Shown here one piece after another: positions 38,401-44,327 of a DNA stretch of 44,327 nucleotides. This DNA is from an uncultured Clostridium sp. (GTDB lineage Bacteria; Bacillota; Clostridia; Lachnospirales; Lachnospiraceae): the NCBI GenBank assembly GCA_900553925.1, contig USFH01000001.1:1-44327 (forward strand), written 5' to 3'. The position numbers and the translations under genes were made by a program. The notes under the pieces are model-generated. The model did no database searches. It saw only the letters and a list, made by a program, of their open reading frames with translations, and was not told the DNA's origin. The stretch's first letter is position 1. Each line of letters begins with the position of its first letter.

Positions 38401-40919
38401 AAGGTGGTTATAAGGATACGGAAGGTACCAGTGGTTATCTTACAAAGCGCGATGGTACAAAGATCTATGTTGGTAAGCATCAGCATATCTATGGTGTAAA
38501 TGCTTATGATAGTAATCTGAAGCTCGAAGGTTATCAGGGTGTGGATGATTTCTATAAGAACCTGGCGGATGAGGCTAAGGATTGGTATGACTTTGATATT
38601 GATATCATTCGGAGCAGTGAGTTTGAGAAGCTTTCTCAGCAGGTACGTGACGCATATACATATGTGGTAAACAAGGATGGAACAATCTCTGATGTTGTAG
38701 TATTAGACGGCTTAAAGCGAACAGAGGTAGCACAAGGACCAAGTACAACTACATCGAAATATGAAGATTATGCAGAAATTGAAACACCAATCCTGAAAGC
38801 ACAGTTGGCAAAGCATGATGCAACACAGGCAGCTGCAGATGTACAGACGATTAAAGCAAAGTTAAAAGCAGATAATCCGGATTTTACAGATGCACAGGTG
38901 AGTGATAAGTATGCGAGATTGACGGAAGCGGAGATCTTAAATATTCTGCGTACACAGCTGATCAGTGAGCTGGAGATGGATGAAATCAATACACTGTACG
39001 TAGCAAAGAAAAAGTGTGATTATGAAGAGGCTGCTAACGACTACCAGCTTTTGATTGACGGACAGGAAGGACAGGAAGGCGAGCAGGCAAAGGTTGACGA
39101 GAAGAAGAAAAAACTTGATGAAGCATTTGCAGAGCTGATTACAAACTTTAGTTCAGATATGAACAAGGCTGCGGATCAGGATACCGGTAAGGGACCTCTG
39201 GCAGGACAGATTACAAGAAAAGAACTCGAAGATATTCAGAAGACCGGATATTATTTTGACTTATATGCATTAGCAAACAGAAAGCCGATGTATGATGATA
39301 TCTCATCTGCTTATCTGTCTGATGGTAAGAACATTGATACGCTGATTTCAGATTATTATCATGAAAAAGATGTGCTTCTGAAGTATCAGCAGGCATATAA
39401 GACATTCACTCGTTATGCGGGAGGTACAGACTGGATAGCAGAATGTTACAGTTCTGTTTTACTTGGTCCATCCGAGAGCTTTAATGGTAAGGATATTAAA
39501 TCTGAAATAGCTTTGGATGATCTGGAGACATATGTAAGCGGAGGACATCAGGTAGTACTCTTCCATGATACATTGACACCATATGCAGATGCAGGAGCAG
39601 TGAAGCTGACAGACAGACTTCGTTCATACTTTGGTATGGATCGATACCATATGCAGACAACTGCAGAAGCTGCTGATACAAATGCAAAGACAAGCAGTTC
39701 GAATCCAAAGATTACAGATGCAGATTCCTCTTATGTGAAGTATATAAGTGAGGATGAAGACAAGTACTTTATGACGAACTTGTCATTCAAGGCAAGAACT
39801 GATGAAACCCGTTATGGAAGCTGGAATTCTGATATTAAGATCTCGACATCTGGTTATCTGACAGATGTTGCATATACAGACAGCTTTAACCTTGGTGATG
39901 ACAGTGACAAGGCATTTTATGCAATGCCATACAAGTATGCACAGTTAAAGTATTCTGATCAGACGGTACATATTCAGGATGCGAAGTTTGATATTGATAC
40001 ATTCCACGGAAGATATGGTACAAACAAGGCAAGTCAGAACAATCAGGGATTAGTTACAACATTCCCATTCACGATTGCGTCTGAACTGTATATCGGACCA
40101 ACACATGGACAGTCCTATGCGGTTGATCTCGAAGATGATAACATGACAGTATGGTATTCATTGGCAGGCGGTGATAGTGGTCCGACCGTATCATCTATGT
40201 TTGCAGCATCTCCAAGAGATGCCATGGATAATTACTTCTTATATTCATATAAGAATGTATTTTACTGTGGTGCCGGACATGGAGATATCCTTGGTATTCA
40301 TAAGAATAATAATGATGAGCGTTACCTGTTCATCAACATTATGTGTAACTCTGTACGACTGAGTGTTGCACAGCCGAAGATCAGTATCTTCGACTATGAT
40401 GCGACAGAGACGCAGGAGAAGAATGAGATTATCAAGAAGGATGGCAACAATGGTTATGTAATGAAGGTTGATGAAGACCAGACATATCCGGAATTTAACT
40501 TCAAGGTTAGCACAGATTCCGAGACGACGCTGTCATCTGTTAAGATTTTCTACGATCTGGATTACAAGGACGGCAATACAAGCAATGCATATACAGCGGA
40601 TCCTGCAAAGCATGTACTGATTGCTGATTGGAATTCTGCTCAGGTAGCGAAGAGTCAGAATAAGCATGTATTCCGGTATGATGCAAATCTTGAAAAACTG
40701 ATAGATACAACCGGTCATCAGATTGCAGAAACCTATGAAGATGAAAATGGTAATACAACCAGTGTTGCAGCTACAAAGTTGAAGTTGTTACCAGAGTACT
40801 TTGCACCATATAACAATGAATATACATATATTGTTATTGAGGCAACAGATTCTAAGGGTCAGAAAGTATACCAGAGAATCAAGATCAAGGCAAAACCACA
40901 TTTGTTTAACTTAACGTAA
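35439..40919 (+). CDS. Large secreted DUF5057-like protein, 1826 aa, putative pilus-associated adhesin
   Basis: Sec-type N-terminal signal (MKRKMK + hydrophobic stretch + SFA); VLELQPCYP, YDMIYLG, NGNDIT, VLQIMP, VLFHDT, NYFLYSYKNVFYCGAGH motifs recalled from DUF5057 proteins; last gene before the terminator of the pil operon. Confidence 0.7.
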   Translation: MKRKMKITISALAVMFVAAIAVAIASFSFAGNGNDDVLEDDMFVADASGSVSEKTIIDYIIENSNSQDPDVDRVYHIAEITSSSTPSTLDTFVSSNGFKDYVIDGNKTIETAMANDCIEYVSFDGSLNNTKNLSAEDALKYISNADLIYVSNDSTNKFSKNNDLSEDLYAALHEYAVGSFKPLIIDSPATSTIDQDDSKQMKELASSVFGPNEKYYYTFKWSDGLSPEQYLGHAGGSLYLGINGKTQQENGVWNTVYATQPVVDETGNVTEPKPSYLAKILTISEDGTSSRTDLLMQTADGKNPEVTTPLYTVTPAEEGGVPVTGEYTPAVNSKIYTLAPDSIMYLNGYNNRVQTRPNYIEKDVVTMDEAADVDFDAYDMIVIEDNCNGLTIPYDMYRKFASAMYGKLHIVYSANMGTGTASTGGNLSDKDKRETNYMKLVLMVATTDYISNQENVMVTTRNDFSMITTTTSAKTAKVIADLINASKYRGIGGNSSSASMFTVLELQPCYPIDLQLAQSKNGQGRIYSGNYYTDPSSMIDGKTKEQIPENTEYYAWELSKAKLADALGIPSEKINLVQMSTEEFAGDKTEILGTYDMIYLGGNTSALKDSAENFKALQSQYLKHNWNNQFDLTTELTKMPFYTMYTHNGDLVYVTSARNQNLSGGQMTAQASKNGNLQSTFTYLNGNDITYNRYLALKDYIDKGMPVVVSEKLTQAYQMVTANGYRQNSIDPDSNMRKVLDACAAQAAKNESNPTVVFGFKQDQVVDIFDDGSLGDTMTGYVSVFASQNGSESDSEEADPKTIVTGSKELLAQVYNCSKKKPKLIVKSMPKTYNRYDKSTILTSRTLTFKYDVINSKNFTATLYVDDDGNSKFDRSESGKELLTTSSTNTLSYECPSSFFGPVYWMLEIVDNDTGVAVNQTGFSYIKNSEDKKQEVSVLQIMPDGGGGSMGNDSLYFCTVCQRSTQILNYNPSYNEDASRHRHVVEYEGGYKDTEGTSGYLTKRDGTKIYVGKHQHIYGVNAYDSNLKLEGYQGVDDFYKNLADEAKDWYDFDIDIIRSSEFEKLSQQVRDAYTYVVNKDGTISDVVVLDGLKRTEVAQGPSTTTSKYEDYAEIETPILKAQLAKHDATQAAADVQTIKAKLKADNPDFTDAQVSDKYARLTEAEILNILRTQLISELEMDEINTLYVAKKKCDYEEAANDYQLLIDGQEGQEGEQAKVDEKKKKLDEAFAELITNFSSDMNKAADQDTGKGPLAGQITRKELEDIQKTGYYFDLYALANRKPMYDDISSAYLSDGKNIDTLISDYYHEKDVLLKYQQAYKTFTRYAGGTDWIAECYSSVLLGPSESFNGKDIKSEIALDDLETYVSGGHQVVLFHDTLTPYADAGAVKLTDRLRSYFGMDRYHMQTTAEAADTNAKTSSSNPKITDADSSYVKYISEDEDKYFMTNLSFKARTDETRYGSWNSDIKISTSGYLTDVAYTDSFNLGDDSDKAFYAMPYKYAQLKYSDQTVHIQDAKFDIDTFHGRYGTNKASQNNQGLVTTFPFTIASELYIGPTHGQSYAVDLEDDNMTVWYSLAGGDSGPTVSSMFAASPRDAMDNYFLYSYKNVFYCGAGHGDILGIHKNNNDERYLFINIMCNSVRLSVAQPKISIFDYDATETQEKNEIIKKDGNNGYVMKVDEDQTYPEFNFKVSTDSETTLSSVKIFYDLDYKDGNTSNAYTADPAKHVLIADWNSAQVAKSQNKHVFRYDANLEKLIDTTGHQIAETYEDENGNTTSVAATKLKLLPEYFAPYNNEYTYIVIEATDSKGQKVYQRIKIKAKPHLFNLT

Positions 40920-40942
40920 CGTAAATTAAACAATATAAACTA

Positions 40943-40988
40943 AAATCCATGAGTTACTTGAAAGAGTGACTCATGGATTTCCTTTTTT
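40943..40988 (+). terminator. Intrinsic terminator closing the pil operon
   Basis: AAATCCATGAGTTACTT-GAAA-GAGTGACTCATGGATTT stem followed by CCTTTTTT. Confidence 0.85.
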
Positions 40989-41016
40989 AGATTGGATATT
41001 AGGAGGCGTTTTAGAC

Positions 41017-42135
41017 ATGAAAGAACAACTTGCACAACTGATGGAGAAAAAGGATTTACAGGCAATTATATTGACAGATGGGTATAATATTCATCATTTA
41101 TCTGGGTATCGGGGACATACAGGGATGCTTGTGGCGTTTGCAGATGCCAGGTATATTCTGACAGACAGCCGTTATACAGAACAGGTGGAGATAGAAGCAC
41201 CAGCATTTTCTTGTATTGATGTTGGACGGGAAGGGTATTCAAAGACGATTGCAGGACTTCTGCAGAAGCAGAAGGCTTCTGTGTCAGCAGGTGGGTTGAC
41301 ATTTCGTATCGGATTTGAGAACAAGGAGATTTCGTATGCGCAGTATCAGACTTTCATTGATACATTTGCGAAGGAATTACCAGAGGTGCAGGTGGAGTTT
41401 GTGCCATTGGATGATGCGGTAAATGCATACCGGGAAGTGAAAACAGAAGATGAGATAGCGAAGCTTGCGCATGCGGAGCGGATTGGTGATGAGGCATTTG
41501 CAGAGATAGTAAAGTTTATCCGAGACAATTGGGAGAATGGACTTACCGAGCAGCGTGTCGCATTACAGTTAGAATATGAGATGCGGCTGCGTGGCGCGGA
41601 AGGGACAAGCTTCGATACGATTGCGGCAAGTGGAAAAAACGGCAGTCTGCCACATGCGATGCCACAGCCGAAGGTGCTTGCGGAAGGCGATTTCCTGACG
41701 ATGGATTTTGGCTGTATGTATCAGGGGTATTGCTCGGATATGACACGGACAATCCATATTGGATCGCAGGTGGATGCAGAGCAGCAGAAGGTGTATGATA
41801 CAGTGCTTCGGGCGCAGCTTGCGGCACTAGCGGCCATCAGACCGGGGATGGTTTGCTCGGATGTAGATAAGGTTGCAAGAGATATGATAGCGGAAGCAGG
41901 GTATGGAGATTATTTCGGGCATGGGCTCGGACACAGCGTCGGGCTTTTTATCCATGAGGAGCCACGTTTTTCTATGAAATGTGATGCGGTATTGAAGCCG
42001 GGTGTCGTGATCACGGTGGAGCCGGGAATCTATCTGCCGGGAAGATTCGGTGTGCGGATCGAGGATATGATCGTTGTGACGGAGGAAGGCTACCGGAATC
42101 TGGCATCGTCACCGAAGGAACTGATTTGTGTATAA
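41017..42135 (+). CDS. Xaa-Pro aminopeptidase (M24B)
   Basis: TDSRY creatinase N-domain, SLPHA, MDFGC...YCSDMTRT, HGLGHSVGLFIHEEP, TVEPGIY, GVRIED; ATG 41017 after AGGAGG. Confidence 0.93.
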   Translation: MKEQLAQLMEKKDLQAIILTDGYNIHHLSGYRGHTGMLVAFADARYILTDSRYTEQVEIEAPAFSCIDVGREGYSKTIAGLLQKQKASVSAGGLTFRIGFENKEISYAQYQTFIDTFAKELPEVQVEFVPLDDAVNAYREVKTEDEIAKLAHAERIGDEAFAEIVKFIRDNWENGLTEQRVALQLEYEMRLRGAEGTSFDTIAASGKNGSLPHAMPQPKVLAEGDFLTMDFGCMYQGYCSDMTRTIHIGSQVDAEQQKVYDTVLRAQLAALAAIRPGMVCSDVDKVARDMIAEAGYGDYFGHGLGHSVGLFIHEEPRFSMKCDAVLKPGVVITVEPGIYLPGRFGVRIEDMIVVTEEGYRNLASSPKELICV

Positions 42136-42151
42136 AATTTAGAAAAAAGTA

Positions 42152-42180
42152 TTGACAACTCCATACCTGCATGCTATAGT
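42152..42180 (+). promoter_or_regulatory. Strong sigma-A promoter of infC-rpmI-rplT
   Basis: TTGACA (42152-42157), 17-nt spacer, TG-C-TATAGT extended -10 (42172-42180). Confidence 0.88.
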
Positions 42181-42195
42181 ATGCAAGTATGTTGA

Positions 42196-42331
42196 TGAAA
42201 GCAGAGTATCCACTCTCACCTTAGCGCATGGGCGACTCGGGTTACTATAGTAAGAGTATGCATCACAGGATGCGGGTCATATAGATTTCTTATTATAACA
42301 ATGTGTGGATAGTTTGTCTATCCACTTTTTT
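42196..42331 (+). ncRNA. Ribosomal protein L20 leader (attenuator)
   Basis: AAGCAGAG...CTCACC 5' motif; TATCCAC (42207-42213) can pair with GTGGATA, competing with terminator GTGGATAG-TTTGT-CTATCCAC-T6 (42305-42331); upstream of infC. Confidence 0.8.
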
Positions 42332-42380
42332 AATGCCGCCGAACGGATGTGAGGGGCGATACCCGAGGGAGGTGTATATT

Positions 42381-42887
42381 ATTAGCGATTTAATGATTAA
42401 TGAGCAGATTCGTGACAAGGAAGTTCGTGTTGTGAGCGAAACTGGAGAGCAGCTTGGTATTATGTCAGCCAAGGATGCACAGAAGCTTGCCGATGAGCAG
42501 GGTGTAGACCTGATCAAGATTGCGCCGACAGCGAAGCCGCCGGTATGCAAGATTATGGATTACGGTAAGTTCCGTTATGAGCAGACTCGTCGCGAGAAGG
42601 AAGCGAAGAAGAAGCAGAGAACAATTGACGTGAAGGAAGTTCGTTTGTCACCGAATATTGATGACAATGATCTGAATACAAAGGCGAACATGGCAAGAAA
42701 ATTCCTGACCAAGGGTGACAAGGTGAAGGTTACACTTCGTTTCCGTGGTAGAGAGCTTGCACATACAGATAATGGTAAAGCGATTTTGAATTCGTTTGCC
42801 GAGATGCTTTCAGATGTTGCCGTTGTAGATAAGCCGGCGAAGTTTGAAGGTAGAAGCATGATCATGTTTTTAGCTGAAAAACGTTAA
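42381..42887 (+). CDS. infC: Translation initiation factor IF-3 (ATT start codon)
   Basis: LMINEQIRDKEVR, PPVCKIMDYGKF, KVTLRFRGRE; GGAGG at 42368-42372 lies 8 nt before ATT 42381. Confidence 0.95.
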   Translation: MSDLMINEQIRDKEVRVVSETGEQLGIMSAKDAQKLADEQGVDLIKIAPTAKPPVCKIMDYGKFRYEQTRREKEAKKKQRTIDVKEVRLSPNIDDNDLNTKANMARKFLTKGDKVKVTLRFRGRELAHTDNGKAILNSFAEMLSDVAVVDKPAKFEGRSMIMFLAEKR

Positions 42888-42942
42888 ATTCATATAAATA
42901 AGAATTACCATGCATATGCATGATTTTTAAGGAGGAAAAGAA

Positions 42943-43140
42943 ATGCCAAAGTTAAAGACAAAAAGAGCAGCTGCAAAGCGTTTTAAGAAGACAGGAACAG
43001 GTGAGCTTAAGAGAAACAAGGCTTACAAGAGCCACATTCTTACTAAGAAGTCTACAAAGAGAAAGAGAAATCTTAGAAAAGCAACTATGACTGACGCTAC
43101 AAACAGCAAAGTTATGAAGAAGATTTTACCATATTTATAG
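42943..43140 (+). CDS. rpmI: 50S ribosomal protein L35
   Basis: [20 protein letters not shown]...HILTKKS. Confidence 0.98.
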   Translation: MPKLKTKRAAAKRFKKTGTGELKRNKAYKSHILTKKSTKRKRNLRKATMTDATNSKVMKKILPYL

Positions 43141-43160
43141 GATATTAGGAGGAATGAACG

Positions 43161-43517
43161 ATGGCAAGAATTAAAGGCGGCGTTGGCGCTAAGAAGAGAC
43201 ATAATAGAACATTGAAGCTCGCTAAGGGATACAAGGGAGCAAGATCTAAGCAGTATAGAGTAGCAAAGCAGTCAGTTATGAGAGCTTTGACATCTTCTTA
43301 TGCTGGTAGAAAGCAGAGAAAGAGACAGTTCAGACAGCTCTGGATCGCTCGTATCAATGCAGCAGCTAGAATGAATGGACTTTCATACAGCAAGCTTATG
43401 TATGGTCTGAAGCTTGCAGGTGTAGATCTTAACAGAAAGATGCTCTCAGAGATGGCTATCAGCGATCCGGAAGGCTTCGCAAAGGTAGTTGAGGTTGCTA
43501 AGAGCAAGCTTGCATAA
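43161..43517 (+). CDS. rplT: 50S ribosomal protein L20
   Basis: MARIKGG...LAKGYKG...[13 protein letters not shown]...[10 protein letters not shown]. Confidence 0.98.
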   Translation: MARIKGGVGAKKRHNRTLKLAKGYKGARSKQYRVAKQSVMRALTSSYAGRKQRKRQFRQLWIARINAAARMNGLSYSKLMYGLKLAGVDLNRKMLSEMAISDPEGFAKVVEVAKSKLA

Positions 43518-43562
43518 GACGGTTAGTCTGCGAATATGTAGAATATAATATTCGCAATATTA

Positions 43563-43595
43563 AAAACCCGTTGTCTTTGGACAGCGGGTTTTGTT
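43563..43595 (+). terminator. Intrinsic terminator after rplT, overlapping a putative promoter of the next gene
   Basis: AAAACCCGTTGTC-TTTG-GACAGCGGGTTTT hairpin; TTGTCT-N18-TATAAT with TG extension (43571-43600) superimposed. Confidence 0.8.
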
Positions 43596-43671
43596 ATAAT
43601 GTAGACGATATATTTATTTGTATGTATATGATATATACGTATGTCTATGGGAAAAAGGAGGTTGAAGATAG

Positions 43672-44327
43672 ATGAATCGGAGATTTGCAAGGCGGATACT
43701 GGCACTGTTATGTGCAATTATATTTGCATGGACGAGCAGCAAAACAGCGCATGCGGAAGCTGGAGTGACGGCCGCATATGCGCAGGCAGAAGATGACCGG
43801 GCGGGTGTATCGGTAACTGCAGACGATACGATAGATATTTCGGCACAGGAAGAAACGACACAGAAAGAAACAGCACAGGCAGATTCCGGCATGCAGCCGA
43901 TGGAAGCATACAGGCTGGATGCAGCCGATGAAGGTCTGGATGAATCCCAGATTGCAGTCTGTGATGGCGCAGGTGGTGCGGCTGCATCTGTGGTCGCACG
44001 AGAGAACTGGGCTTCCTACGGTGATGATTACTGTTATAATAATTTAAGTAAGGCAGATCAGGCGTTATATGACCAGATGGAGCAGTTATGTATCACATAT
44101 ATGAATACACAGGCGGATGCAACGAAGCTTCAGGTAAATGGCCGGAACGTGTATGGAATCGGTCCGATCAGCTATGCGAATATGACCAAAGAGCAATTAT
44201 CCTCTCTGATTTACATCTTTGTCTATCAGAATCCGCAGTATTATTTCCTGCAGAATTCGCTTTATTATAGTGATAAGATTGTGTATCTGGGTGTGTATGA
44301 GGCATTTGCAAAGGAGGCTACGCGTTC
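43672..44327 (+). CDS. Secreted protein, 3'-truncated by the window; possibly the N-terminus of a transglutaminase-like domain protein
   Basis: Not in the ORF track because it has no stop in the window. SD AAGGAGG; MNRRFARRILALLCAIIFAWTSSKTAHA signal peptide, acidic linker, YNNLSKADQALYD and YQNPQYYFL motifs. Confidence 0.7.
   Translation, partial: MNRRFARRILALLCAIIFAWTSSKTAHAEAGVTAAYAQAEDDRAGVSVTADDTIDISAQEETTQKETAQADSGMQPMEAYRLDAADEGLDESQIAVCDGAGGAAASVVARENWASYGDDYCYNNLSKADQALYDQMEQLCITYMNTQADATKLQVNGRNVYGIGPISYANMTKEQLSSLIYIFVYQNPQYYFLQNSLYYSDKIVYLGVYEAFAKEATR

Noticed and set aside
39060..39087. Short tandem repeat GGACAGGAA encoding GQEGQEGEQ
   Set aside because: Two in-frame copies only; ordinary coding micro-duplication.
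42909..42922. 14-bp perfect palindrome CATGCATATGCATG before rpmI, and 9-bp inverted repeat at 43529-43556 after rplT
   Set aside because: No supporting context; may be minor mRNA structures or chance.
32..44270. Numerous 60-225 aa antisense or alternate-frame ORFs in the track
   Set aside because: They are shadows of well-supported genes, without recognisable motifs or RBS.
1..44327. CRISPR arrays, tRNA/rRNA genes, transposases, integrases or invertases
   Set aside because: No regularly spaced repeats, RNA gene signatures or recombinase motifs were recognised by eye.

Overview
Chromosomal segment of a spore-forming Firmicute, most likely Clostridia/Lachnospiraceae-like (inferred from PolC, IreB, SigK and gene order). 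Left to right: (1) housekeeping block polC (5'-truncated by the window), ireB, ruvX/yqgF, DUF1292, rnj, ylbF-like, short mltG-like gene, tRNA O-methyltransferase and U32 hydroxylase. (2) An oppositely oriented sigK with no pro-sequence and no skin interruption, overlapping the U32 gene tail-to-tail. (3) An AT-rich ~10 kb glycan-biosynthesis cluster: Wzx flippase, an acyltransferase-3 gene with an in-frame stop bracketed by a 35-bp direct repeat, GT2, ATP-grasp ligase, divergent FkbM methyltransferase, VioA-like aminotransferase, GtrB-like GT, GT-C-like membrane protein, GT2. (4) Directly downstream, a ~20 kb monoderm type IV pilus locus: pilB, pilT, pilC, pilA, pilD, pilMN, pilO, four minor pilins (two very large) and a 1826-aa secreted DUF5057-like protein. 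(5) Xaa-Pro peptidase, L20 leader, infC (ATT start), rpmI, rplT, and the start of a secreted protein. The strongest candidates for something new are a possible pilin/pilus glycosylation system coupled to the T4P locus, and a repeat-flanked, cleanly excisable O-acyltransferase cassette. No CRISPR array, rRNA, tRNA or transposase/integrase was recognised. All family assignments are from motif recognition by eye, not database searches.
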